Shown here one piece after another: positions 42,918-52,417 of a DNA stretch of 64,000 bases (positions within the stretch are counted from its first letter, which is position 1; each line of letters starts with the position of its first letter). The DNA comes from Candidatus Latescibacterota bacterium (GTDB lineage Bacteria; Latescibacterota; UBA2968; UBA8231). The stretch spans positions 608,001-672,000 of the forward strand of contig CBDCXV010000009.1 of NCBI GenBank assembly GCA_965223905.1, given 5' to 3'. The notes under the pieces are model-generated. The model was not told the origin of the DNA, did not search any database, and was given only the letters and a program-made list of their open reading frames with translations. A program made the translations under genes and the position numbers.

Positions 42918-43745
42918 ATGGCTTTCACGAGAGATAAAGTCCTGGCGCGCCTGCGAAAGCTGATCGATCAGGGGACGCCGATCCTCGGTGCGGGAGCCGG
43001 CACCGGAATCAGCGCCAAGTTCGAAGAGGCAGGCGGCGTCGACCTGATCATCATCTACAACTCCGGCCGCTTTCGCATGGCAGGCCGCGGTTCCCTAGCC
43101 GGCCTGATGCCGTACGGCGACGCCAACGCCATCGTCATGGATATGGCAGGAGAGGTGCTTACGATCGTCGAGGACACTCCGGTGCTTGCCGGGGTCTGCG
43201 GCACCGATCCGTTTCGTCGCATGGAGGTGTTCCTGAAACAGGTCGAGGAGGTCGGTTTCTCGGGGGTGCAGAATTTCCCGACGGTGGGGCTGTTCGACGG
43301 CATGATCCGCCGGAACCTCGAGGAGACCAACATGGGGTACGGTCTCGAGGTCGAGATGATCCGCCTGGCATCAGAGATGGGGATGCTGACCACGCCGTAC
43401 GCCTTCGACCCCGGCGAGGGTGCACGGATGGCCGCGGCCGGGGCGGACATCGTCGTCGCTCACATGGGACTGACCACCAGTGGTTCGATCGGGGCCGAGA
43501 CCTCGCTGAGCCTGGAGGAATCGGCAGAGCGGGTGCAGGCGATATGCGATGCCGCGCGGGAAGTGAATTCCGAGGTGATCGTCCTCTGCCACGGCGGACC
43601 GATCGCGATGCCGGCCGACGCCGAGTACGTCCTCAGCAACACCGACGGCGTCAACGGTTTCTACGGGGCCTCCAGCATGGAGCGGCTGCCGGTGGAAACC
43701 GCCATGGTCGAGCACATCCGCAAGTACAAGCAGATCGAATTCTGA
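42918..43745 (+). CDS. TIM-barrel signal transduction protein (PEP hydrolase-like family)
   Basis: GAGAGTGISAK, YNSGRFRMAGRGSLAGL, GVQNFPTVG, HMGLTT, LCHGGPI, GFYGASSMERLP. Confidence 0.93.
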   Translation: MAFTRDKVLARLRKLIDQGTPILGAGAGTGISAKFEEAGGVDLIIIYNSGRFRMAGRGSLAGLMPYGDANAIVMDMAGEVLTIVEDTPVLAGVCGTDPFRRMEVFLKQVEEVGFSGVQNFPTVGLFDGMIRRNLEETNMGYGLEVEMIRLASEMGMLTTPYAFDPGEGARMAAAGADIVVAHMGLTTSGSIGAETSLSLEESAERVQAICDAAREVNSEVIVLCHGGPIAMPADAEYVLSNTDGVNGFYGASSMERLPVETAMVEHIRKYKQIEF

Positions 43746-43776
43746 GACCGCACCGGTCCGGTAACCGGGCAAAGCG

Positions 43777-44301
43777 ATGCTGCCTCTCCGCAAGGTAGAG
43801 ATCCGCCGGCTCTTCGAGCAGGCCGCTCGCGACTACCCACCCCGGTGCGAGATCTCCTTTCTGCTTCAGAACTTCGATGACCCCCGCAACGTCGGTTCGA
43901 TGTTCCGCATCGCCGACGCGGTCGGGGCCAGCGAAATCGTCTGCACGGGAAAAACCCCCACCCCACCTCACGAAGAGATCGACCGCACCTCGAGGGGACA
44001 CGACCGCCGCGTTCCCTGGCGCCGCATTCCGAGGATCGACGAGGCGACGAAGAAACTCAAGGCGGAGGGGCATCATCTGGTGGCTCTCGAGACGGCGCGG
44101 GAAACCTGTTGCTATCTCGACTATCCGTATGCCGAGCGCACCTGTCTGGTCCTCGGCAACGAAACTAAGGGAGTCCTGCCGGCGACCCTGGGGGACTGCG
44201 ACGGCTCGGTTTTCGTCCCGATGTACGGAAAGGGGCCATCGATGAACGTCCACGTCGCCGCCGCCATCGTCGCCTACCAGGCGCGGATCGGATCCCGCTG
44301 A
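43777..44301 (+). CDS. SpoU/TrmH-family RNA methyltransferase
   Basis: DPRNVGSMFRIADA, LVLGNETKGV, VPMYGKGPSMNVHVAAAI. Confidence 0.9.
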   Translation: MLPLRKVEIRRLFEQAARDYPPRCEISFLLQNFDDPRNVGSMFRIADAVGASEIVCTGKTPTPPHEEIDRTSRGHDRRVPWRRIPRIDEATKKLKAEGHHLVALETARETCCYLDYPYAERTCLVLGNETKGVLPATLGDCDGSVFVPMYGKGPSMNVHVAAAIVAYQARIGSR

Positions 44302-44418
44302 TCAGCGGGCCGGACGAATCGGTTGGAGAGTGCTTGGGTTGACGGGCAGCTGCGAAGACCGGGTGAGGTTACAGCGGCATCCGGATTAGAAGAAGCACCC
44401 CAGGCCGGGGTTGATAGG

Positions 44419-45987
44419 TCATCCCGAGTACTGGTTCTCCAGGCGGCGGTACTCCTCGACCAGATCGTCGTAGACGGCCCGGGCAGCAGCGTCAGGCAGC
44501 AGCGTCGAACCAGGGACCGGTTTTGCAAACGGAGCGATTGTTCCCGGCCAGCTGCGCTCCGTCCCCACCTGCTTGAAGTGACCGTGAGCGGCGCGCAGCG
44601 CCGCCCCGAGAGCGGCGGAGTTGGTCGTCCGGAAGCGATGCACGGGGGCTCCGTGCACGTTGGAGAAGATGCGCAGGATTTCGGTGTTTGCCGATGCCCC
44701 TCCGGTCACCGAAAGCGAACGTACCGGCACCTTCATCCACTCGCAGTGAATCCGCGAGGATAGGGCCTGCGCCTCGATTACCGCCCTGACGTTTGCGTCG
44801 GCATCGGCGGGGTCGAGTCCCTTGCGAACCACCCCTGGCACGGTGACGCGGGGAACGATCTCGGAGTCGAAGTAGGGAAGCATGAAGGCGCCTCCGTTCC
44901 CCGCTCCGGTGCGCCGCAGGGCGGCGGTGAACATCTCCCAGTCGAGGCCGTGCTCGTCCCTGACGGCCTCCCTTGCCAGGCTGCCGTTCATGAAACAGAC
45001 GAGGGCCATGTAGTTGCGCCCGTCGGGAGATGCGAAGACCGCCCCCTCTCCCGAAGTGGAAACCCGCGGTTCCCCCATGCAGGCAAACAGCGTGTCCGAG
45101 GTGCCGAGACTCAGCGCCACCTGCCCCGGCTCGACCAGCCCCAGGCCGATCAGACTGCTGGGGTTGTCCCCCGAAAAAGGCAGCACCTGGCATCCGGGAG
45201 CGAAGCCGTAGCGGCCGGCGAACCGGGGACTGATGGCGCCGGCAGGGCGGTCGGAGGGGGCGACTGGCAGGAGCTTGGCAGACAACCCGGGTGCGGTCGC
45301 GGCCATCGCCTCGGGGCTCCACCTGCGCGTTCGGATCTCCATGAGGTTGGTGCCGCTGCCGTCGCCGGGATCGACTCCGATCAGCCGTCCCGCAAGGAGA
45401 CTGGCGATGAACGAGCTGACCAGGCAGACCGTTGCGGTTGCCCTGTAGCCTTCGGGGTCGGTCTGGAAGAACTTGCGAATCTGGGGGCCGCTGAAGCGCT
45501 CGAATGCGGCGTTGCCGGTCAGCTCCAGGAGCCATTCCCGGCCTCCCACGCCAGCCTCGATCTCCCGGCACTGAGCCGCGGTCGACGAGTCCATCCAGAT
45601 AGGTGCGGTGGCGCGCGAGAAGATGCCGGAAAGCGCCTCGGCAGGGGTTTCCCCGGGGCCGAGCCGCGCCAGGGCGGAGCCGGCGGCTGCGTTCAGGTAG
45701 ACGGTGCCGTGTTGTTGGCCGCAGCCGGAGACCGCGGCTATGGAAGCGAGATCGCACCTGTCTCTCAGCCTTTCGAGCAGGAGGTCGAGGGCCTCGACCC
45801 ACATCAGGGGAGGGGCGTGCACTTCTCCCGGAGCGAGCTCGAGAGCCCCGTTCTCGACCCCGTAGCGGTCGCCGAAGTGCTCGTCGAACAGAACGGATTC
45901 CTCGGCCACGATGGCTTCCGTCGCGAAGTCGATGACCAGTCCGGTCATCGATTGGGTGCTGGCGTCGATGCCGAGAAACTTGCTCAT
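44419..45987 (-). CDS. FGGY sugar kinase, eukaryote-type D-xylulokinase-like
   Basis: GIDASTQS, SGCGQQHGTVY, AFERFSGPQIRK, LVSSF, GDNP, SLGTSDT, NGSLARE, TGGASAN. Confidence 0.88.
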   Translation of the reverse strand: MSKFLGIDASTQSMTGLVIDFATEAIVAEESVLFDEHFGDRYGVENGALELAPGEVHAPPLMWVEALDLLLERLRDRCDLASIAAVSGCGQQHGTVYLNAAAGSALARLGPGETPAEALSGIFSRATAPIWMDSSTAAQCREIEAGVGGREWLLELTGNAAFERFSGPQIRKFFQTDPEGYRATATVCLVSSFIASLLAGRLIGVDPGDGSGTNLMEIRTRRWSPEAMAATAPGLSAKLLPVAPSDRPAGAISPRFAGRYGFAPGCQVLPFSGDNPSSLIGLGLVEPGQVALSLGTSDTLFACMGEPRVSTSGEGAVFASPDGRNYMALVCFMNGSLAREAVRDEHGLDWEMFTAALRRTGAGNGGAFMLPYFDSEIVPRVTVPGVVRKGLDPADADANVRAVIEAQALSSRIHCEWMKVPVRSLSVTGGASANTEILRIFSNVHGAPVHRFRTTNSAALGAALRAAHGHFKQVGTERSWPGTIAPFAKPVPGSTLLPDAAARAVYDDLVEEYRRLENQYSG

Positions 45988-46061
45988 GAAAATGGCCTTG
46001 GTTAGGTTGACTCGCCCCCCCGAAAACGTCCAGCAGCGAATACTCGCACAGATCAGGCTGC

Positions 46062-47408
46062 ATGCCAAGCCTCAGAGAGACCGATCCGGATGTCGCCGGC
46101 ATCCTCGACGCCGAGAACCGCCGCCAGCATCAGAAAATCCGCCTGATTCCGTCGGAGAACTACAGCAGCCGCGCGGTGCTCCAGGCGACCGGCTCAATCC
46201 TGGCCAACAAGTACTCCGAAGGGTACGCCGGGGACCGCTACTACGAGGGGCAGCAGCAGATAGACCGCCTCGAGGAGCTGTGCGTGCAGCGGGCGAAGGA
46301 GCTGTTTGGAGCAGGGCACGTCAACGTCCAGCCGTACTCGGGATCCCCGGCGAACCAGGCGGTCTACGTCGCCTTCGCAGAGCCGGGGGACAAGGTCATG
46401 GGCATGTCGCTGGCCCATGGCGGCCACCTGACTCACGGGGCCGAGGTCAGCGTCTCGGGCAGGTTTTACGAACCGGTGTCGTACGGCGTAGACCCGCGGA
46501 GTGGGCGGCTCGATTTCGGTGAAATCGCCGACCTGGCGCAGCGCCACCGGCCGAAGCTCCTCTTCTGCGGCGCCACCGCCTATCCGCGCGTCATTGACTT
46601 CGAGCGCTTCGCCGAGATCGGACGCAATGCCGGCGCTATCGTGGTTGCCGACATCGCCCACATTTCCGGCCTCGTCGCCGCCGGCGTCCACCCCAGCCCG
46701 GTGCCGCACGTCGACATCGTGACGACGACGACCCACAAGACCCTGCGGGGTCCGAGGGGGGGCATGATCATGTGCCGCGCCGAATACGCGGAAGCGGTGG
46801 ACAAGGCGGTGTTTCCCGGGTTGCAGGGCGGTCCGCACAACCACGTGACCGCGGCGATCGCGGTGGCGTTGAGGGAAGCGGCGTCCGGGGCATTTAAGGA
46901 GTACGCGGCCCGGATCGTCAGCAATGCCAGGACCCTTGCGGCATCGCTGAGCGCGCGCGGCTTCGACCTGGTGTCCGGGGGAACCGACAATCACCTGCTG
47001 CTGATAGACGTGTCAAACAAGGGGCTCACCGGCCACCAGATGGCCAAGGCCCTCGACGCAGCGGGCATCGTCTGCAATCGCAACTTGGTTCCGGGAGATC
47101 CGCGGCCGGCGCGCCGGCCCAGCGGCATCCGCATCGGCACGCCTGCGATCACCAGCCGGGGCTTCGGTGACGAGGAAATGTTTCAGCTGGCGGACTGGAT
47201 GGAGCAGGTGGCGGCCGCCAGGGCTGGCGGCACCCTCGACCTGGAGGGACGCCGGGCGCTATACAGGGAGATTGCCGGGCAGGTGAGGGAACTGTGCGAC
47301 CGCTTCCCGGCCCCCGGTCTGGACTACCCGGCGGGCGGAGCGGGTGAGAACCGCGGTTGCACGGATACCCAGGGAAGTGCGGATCCCAGGAGGCGGCACA
47401 GTCGATGA
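46062..47408 (+). CDS. glyA: Serine hydroxymethyltransferase
   Basis: LIPSENY, NKYSEGY, NVQPYSGSPAN, HGGHLTHG, TTTTHKTLRGPRGG, GGTDNHL. Confidence 0.97.
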   Translation: MPSLRETDPDVAGILDAENRRQHQKIRLIPSENYSSRAVLQATGSILANKYSEGYAGDRYYEGQQQIDRLEELCVQRAKELFGAGHVNVQPYSGSPANQAVYVAFAEPGDKVMGMSLAHGGHLTHGAEVSVSGRFYEPVSYGVDPRSGRLDFGEIADLAQRHRPKLLFCGATAYPRVIDFERFAEIGRNAGAIVVADIAHISGLVAAGVHPSPVPHVDIVTTTTHKTLRGPRGGMIMCRAEYAEAVDKAVFPGLQGGPHNHVTAAIAVALREAASGAFKEYAARIVSNARTLAASLSARGFDLVSGGTDNHLLLIDVSNKGLTGHQMAKALDAAGIVCNRNLVPGDPRPARRPSGIRIGTPAITSRGFGDEEMFQLADWMEQVAAARAGGTLDLEGRRALYREIAGQVRELCDRFPAPGLDYPAGGAGENRGCTDTQGSADPRRRHSR

Positions 47409-48619
47409 GCAACGTGCGAGGAAACGTGTACTCCCGGCTCGGAGTGCGCACCATCATCAATGCCGCGGGTCCGTCGACGCGCCTCAGTGGTTCGATCATG
47501 CCTCCGGAAGTGGCGGCGGCGATGAGCGAGGCATCGCAGTTCTGCGTAGATATCGCCGAGCTGCAGGGGAGGGCCTGCGAGAGGATCGCCGAGATCACCG
47601 GGGCGGAGGCGGGCTACGTGACCAGCGGCGCCGCCGCGGGGCTGCTGCTCGGAACCGCCGCCTGCGTCACCGGTCTCGACCCGGACAGGATGAACCGGCT
47701 TCCCGACACAACCGGCATGCGCAACGAAGTGATCATGGCGCGCAGCCATCGCAACTTCTACGACCACGCGATTCGCACGGCCGGAATCCGGTTGGTGGAG
47801 GTGGGCATTTCCGACCGCTTCAGCGGCGCCGGGGTCCGGGACGCCGAACCCTGGGAAATCCAGGCGGCTATCAACGACCAGACCGCGGCGATCTGCTACG
47901 TAGCGTACAGCCATACGCAACCGCCACTGCCCGAGGTCGCCGCTGTCGCGCGCGCCGCAGGGGTCCCGGTCATCGTCGACGCCGCCGGTCAGCTGCCGCC
48001 GGCGGGTAACCTGAAGCGCTTCATCGTCGAGGGGGCGGACCTCGTGGCTTTCAGCGGCGGCAAGGCGATACGCGGTCCGCAGAGTTCTGGCATACTGTGC
48101 GGACGACGCGACCTCATCCAGGCCGCGGCCCTGCAGCACCTCGATCTCGATATCTACTGGGAGCAGTGGAATCCCCCGGCGGTCCTTATCGACAAGGAGC
48201 GCCTGCCCGGCGCGCCGCATCACGGCATCGGACGTCCCTGCAAGGTGGGCAAGGAGGAGATCGTCGGACTGCTGACGGCGTTGGAGCTGTTCGTCGAGGA
48301 GGATGGGGTGGCGCGCCGGAGGCGCTGGTTAGACCTGATGCAATCGCTGCAGGAATCGCTCGCCGGCCTGCGGTGGAGCGAAGCGCTGCTGGTCGACGAT
48401 CCGAAGCGCTCGGAGATCCCGGTGGTACACCTGAAACTGGACGAAGCCGGCCTGGGAAAGACGGCGATGCAGGTCGTCTGCGAGCTGCAGGACGGGGCCC
48501 CGGCCATTCACGCCAACCCATCGCATGTGCGCGACGGCATCGTCGCCTTCGGGCCGCTCTGCCTGAAGGAGGAGGAGTTGGGCCAGATCACCGCCCAGCT
48601 GGCCCGGATAATCGGCTAG
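47405..48619 (+). CDS. SelA/DgaE-like PLP-dependent enzyme
   Basis: IINAAGPSTRLSGS, VTSGAAAGL, IVDAAG, FSGGKAIRGPQSSG, IGRPCKVGKEEI. Confidence 0.85.
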   Translation: MSNVRGNVYSRLGVRTIINAAGPSTRLSGSIMPPEVAAAMSEASQFCVDIAELQGRACERIAEITGAEAGYVTSGAAAGLLLGTAACVTGLDPDRMNRLPDTTGMRNEVIMARSHRNFYDHAIRTAGIRLVEVGISDRFSGAGVRDAEPWEIQAAINDQTAAICYVAYSHTQPPLPEVAAVARAAGVPVIVDAAGQLPPAGNLKRFIVEGADLVAFSGGKAIRGPQSSGILCGRRDLIQAAALQHLDLDIYWEQWNPPAVLIDKERLPGAPHHGIGRPCKVGKEEIVGLLTALELFVEEDGVARRRRWLDLMQSLQESLAGLRWSEALLVDDPKRSEIPVVHLKLDEAGLGKTAMQVVCELQDGAPAIHANPSHVRDGIVAFGPLCLKEEELGQITAQLARIIG

Positions 48620-48665
48620 CCACCCCCGGCGAGGCCGGGAATCAGGGCCCCCGCAAGGGCTGCGT

Positions 48666-49205
48666 TTACCCGGCCCCGTATTTTGCCAGCACCTCCCGCC
48701 ACGTCCCCTGAGCCTTCATCACCAGCTCTATTACCTCCCTGATCGCCCCGCTGCCCCCCGGCGTGGTCGTTACGTAGTCGGCCCGTTCCTTGACCTCCGG
48801 ACGGGCGTTGGCCACGGCGACGCCGAGGCCCACCCTGTCGATGAGAGGAATGTCGGGAAGGTCGTCTCCGAGGTAGGCGACCTCCGCGTCACCCACACCG
48901 GCGGCGGCGCAGATCTCCTCGTAGGGAGGTATTTTCTCCAGGAATCCCTGGCGGATGTAGGTGATGCCGAGCATCTGCGCGCGATGGGTAACCCCCGGGG
49001 AGTCGCGCCCGCTGATCAGACCGCTGGACAGTCCCGACGCGTGCGCCCAGCGCAGCGCCATGCCGTCCTGCGCGTGCGACTGCTTGACCTCGACCATGCC
49101 TCCGTCCGGTCCGGGAACGTAGAACAGGTTCCCGTCGGTCCAGACCCCGTCGACGTCCATGAGCAGCAGGCGGATTCCGGCTGCCTTTCGTTCCGCGTCG
49201 TTCAT
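48666..49205 (-). CDS. kdsC: KDO 8-phosphate phosphatase (HAD family)
   Basis: MDVDGVWTDG, ISGRDS, YLGDDLPD, GGSGAIRE. Confidence 0.9.
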   Translation of the reverse strand: MNDAERKAAGIRLLLMDVDGVWTDGNLFYVPGPDGGMVEVKQSHAQDGMALRWAHASGLSSGLISGRDSPGVTHRAQMLGITYIRQGFLEKIPPYEEICAAAGVGDAEVAYLGDDLPDIPLIDRVGLGVAVANARPEVKERADYVTTTPGGSGAIREVIELVMKAQGTWREVLAKYGAG

Positions 49206-49224
49206 GTCGCCGGTCCGCCGGGGC

Positions 49225-50358
49225 TCAGGCCCGGAGCGGGACTGCTTCGCTCTGCGACTCGATGGCAGCGAGAAGCTTGTCGAACGGCTCGACGAACAGC
49301 TGCACCGCGTCCACCTGGAGTTGGTCGGTCACCTCCCTCATCGAGATACCCAGTTCCTCGATCCGGTCCATGATTCGCCGCGCCTCGTCGAGGTTCTCTT
49401 CCAGGGAATGCCGCACCTCCCCGTGGTCCCTGAATGCCTTCAGCGTCGCCTCGGGCATGGTGTTCACCGTCTCCGCTCCGATCAGCTCCTCGACGTACAT
49501 CACGTCGCGATATTCGGGATTCTTGGTGCTGGTGCTTGCCCACAGCAACCGCTGCGGCCTGGCCCCCTGCGCCGCCAGGGTGCGCCAGCGCCCTTCGGCG
49601 AACAGCTCGCCGTACCGGCGGTACGCCAGCTTGGCGTTGGCGACCGCGGCCTTGCCCAGCAGGCTGCGCAGCTCCTCCCCTTCGGAGGCGGACGCTCCTT
49701 CCATGCGCTTCTCGATGAGCCCATCGACCATGGTGTCGATGCGGCTGACGAAGAAGCTCGCGACGCTTGCCACCGCGCCCGGGTCGCCGCCGCGGCTAAT
49801 GAGCTTTTCCAGGCCGGCCATGTAGGCCTCGACGACCTCGACGTAGTTCCGGCGCGAGAACAGCAGGGTGATGTTGATGTTCAGTCCTTCACCGATCAGG
49901 TGCTCGACAGCCGGCACTCCCTCGGGGGTACCCGGGACTTTTATCATCAGGTTGGGGCGACCCACCGCGGTGGCCAGCCTGAGGGCTTCGTCGATGGAGG
50001 CCTGTGTGTCCCTGGCCAGGTGTGGCGAAACCTCGAGAGATATGAAACCGTCCCTGCCTCCGGTCTCTTCAAATACGGGCAGCAGCAAGTCGGCTCCCCA
50101 CTGGATATCCTCGACAGCGATCGTCTCGTAGATCTCCACCGGCGACCGGCCCGACCCCGCCAGGTGTCCCAGGGCTCCTTTGTAGTCACTCGATCCCGCG
50201 ATGGCTTTCTCGAAGATGGCCGGGTTCGAGGTCACTCCGCGCACGCCGTCAGCGGCGATCAACCGCTGCAGCTCGCCGGAAGTGATCATGCCGCGGCTGA
50301 TGGTGTCGTACCAGACGCTCTGGCCGCGACTTTGGAGGTCCAGCAGTGGGTTCGACAT
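49225..50358 (-). CDS. tal: Transaldolase (actinobacterial/plant-like type)
   Basis: GQSVWYD, GVTSNPAIF, SLEVSPHLA, MIKVPGT, SVASFFVSRID, LLWASTSTKNP, TVNTMP. Confidence 0.95.
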   Translation of the reverse strand: MSNPLLDLQSRGQSVWYDTISRGMITSGELQRLIAADGVRGVTSNPAIFEKAIAGSSDYKGALGHLAGSGRSPVEIYETIAVEDIQWGADLLLPVFEETGGRDGFISLEVSPHLARDTQASIDEALRLATAVGRPNLMIKVPGTPEGVPAVEHLIGEGLNINITLLFSRRNYVEVVEAYMAGLEKLISRGGDPGAVASVASFFVSRIDTMVDGLIEKRMEGASASEGEELRSLLGKAAVANAKLAYRRYGELFAEGRWRTLAAQGARPQRLLWASTSTKNPEYRDVMYVEELIGAETVNTMPEATLKAFRDHGEVRHSLEENLDEARRIMDRIEELGISMREVTDQLQVDAVQLFVEPFDKLLAAIESQSEAVPLRA

Positions 50359-50474
50359 TTCGACTTTCTCCGGGTCCCCGTCAGGGCGCGGCCCCGGGCG
50401 ACCGGGGCCGCGAACGAGGGGGACGTGTGTTGTTCGGGTTCGAAAATATCCCGCTTGCAGCCCTCCCTCGCAAA

Positions 50475-50534
50475 CGCCTGAGGACCCCTGCGGCAGTCCT
50501 TGCAGGAGCGGATTTCCCGCTCCGCAATCAGGCG
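50475..50534. ncRNA. Candidate structured element (three-way junction) in the tal/kinase intergenic region
   Basis: cgcctga...tcaggcg encloses ggac..gtcc and ttgc-a-ggagcgg-atttc-ccgctcc-gcaa. Confidence 0.4.
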
Positions 50535-50668
50535 CCAAGCCGGGCCGCCAGCATCCGGGTCGAGCATGGAACGCTTCTTGCCCGGCCCGCCGAAGTCGAT
50601 GTATACTTACCACAAACAACAACATATGAATATTTGACTCGGCAGTTTCTCGCGATTCGCGCGGCGGT

Positions 50669-51902
50669 ATGGCGACTATAATCGACGGCAAGAGGCGCAT
50701 TCCCTTCATGCGGGGAATGCTCGTGCATCACCTGATTCAGCTCGGCTTCGATTACGATCAGGCTTATGAGCTGGCGGATGATGTGCGCGCCGCCCTGCGC
50801 GAGAAAACGGATGTCGACAAGAAGGAGATCACCCGCGTCATCCGGCAGCTGCTCGCCACCCATCACAAGGACCAGCTGGTTGGCGACCTCGTTTTCTGGG
50901 AACCGCGGCCCATGAACGTTACCGTCGGCAGCAGGCCCTTCTCCAGGGAAATGTTGTCCAACTCGATCCAGGCTTCCGGCCTGCCGGCGGACCAGTCGTT
51001 CGAAATCGCCTGGGACATCGAGACCCAGCTGATAGACAGCCGGCGCGGTAACATACCGGACGGGGAATTGCAGGTGCTCGTCGCCGGCCTGCTCGGGGAA
51101 CGGCACGGCGTGGACTATGCGCAGCGCTACCAGGTCTGGCGGGCGTGGGGAGACCTCGACAAGCCGCTGGTTCTCATCGGGGGGGCGAGCGGGGTCGGCA
51201 AGACATCGCTGGCGATCGACCTTGCCCACCTGCTGAACATACCCCGCGTGGTGGCCACCGACGATATCCGGCAGATCATGCGTCTGACACTGGCGCCCGA
51301 GTTCATGCCGGCGATTCACACCTCCTCCTATTCAGCGTGGTCCTCCCTTCGGGATTCAGGCACATCCGATGCCGTCATCGAGGGATATAACGAACAGGCC
51401 CGGGTCGTCGCCGTCGGCGTTCAGGCCATCCTCGCCCGTTTGCACCGAGGAGAACAGCAGCGTCATCATCGACGGCGTGCACGTCCTATCCCCGTACATA
51501 GATCTCTCCCCGACCCGGGACGCGGTGTTCGTGGCTCCTCTCTGCCTGGCCGTGAGCGACCGCGCTTCCTACGCAGCGCGTTTCGCCAAGCGCGCTCGCG
51601 AAGCCCCCAAACGGCGGCCCAATCGATACCTCGACAACCTCGATCAAATCATGCACATCCAGGAATACCTCGTCGGCCGCTACGTGCAGGAGGACATTCC
51701 GGTGATCGACGCCGATGCGGTCGAGGATGAGACGAGCGCCGCGGTCATGGTAGTGGTAGAGCGGCTGCAGGAGCAGGAGGAGGTGCGCGCAAGGTTGGCG
51801 GTAAACGGGAAAAACGGCAAACCCGTGGGCAAGAAGAAGAAGAGGCGCAGGCAAAACGCAGACCGGTCGTCAAGGCCGCAACATGGGAAAGTGAGGGCGT
51901 AA
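50669..51902 (+). CDS. ATP-cone-containing 2-phosphoglycerate-kinase-like protein, frameshift near 51440
   Basis: PFMRGML and PFSREML cone-like repeats, LIGGASGVGKT, ATDDIRQIMR, IHTSSY; shifted frame SVIIDGVH...IQEYL. Confidence 0.82.
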
Positions 51903-51903
51903 A

Positions 51904-52320
51904 ATGCTTGGAAGGAAAGAGAACGGCACCGCTAACGGAAGCGGACAACCCCTCAACACGATCATCGGCAACGGCACCCTGTTCGAGGGCACCATGAAGG
52001 TTGACAACAGCGTCCGCATCGACGGCATCTTCAAGGGTGAGCTATCCTGTTCCGGAGCCCTGACCATCAGCCAGTCGGGGGAAGCGTACGCCCAGATCGA
52101 AGGGGTGGACATCTACATAAACGGCATAGTCAGGGGTACCGTGCGCGCCGAAAAGGTCCGCCTCGACAGCCAGGCGCGCTTCATCGGCGATGTCCATACC
52201 AGCTCCCTGTCGGTCTCCGAAGGAGCCGTCTTCCACGGCAACAGCGTCATGGAGACGGCCGGCGAAGTCGAAGAGCCGGAAAACCTGGAGTCCGCAAAGC
52301 TGCTGCCGATGGAGGGGTAG
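51904..52320 (+). CDS. Bactofilin (polymer-forming cytoskeletal protein)
   Basis: TIIGNGTLFEG, VRIDGIFKGEL, INGIVRGTV, EGAVFHG. Confidence 0.92.
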   Translation: MLGRKENGTANGSGQPLNTIIGNGTLFEGTMKVDNSVRIDGIFKGELSCSGALTISQSGEAYAQIEGVDIYINGIVRGTVRAEKVRLDSQARFIGDVHTSSLSVSEGAVFHGNSVMETAGEVEEPENLESAKLLPMEG

Positions 52321-52417
52321 TATCCCGGCGGCCGGCTGCCATCCCCAGAGCACGCCGGCCAGACGATCCGTCCGCAAGGGAGAATCCGCAGCTCCCGCGG
52401 TCGTTGATCGCCTCAAC

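Noticed and set aside
47405-48619. True selenocysteine synthase selA
   Set aside because: Lacks the SelA N-terminal domain, and no selB, selC or selD is nearby; fits the SelA-like/DgaE group
50360-50660. 6S RNA, SRP RNA or a known riboswitch in the tal intergenic region
   Set aside because: No conserved signature recognised; kept only as an unnamed structured candidate
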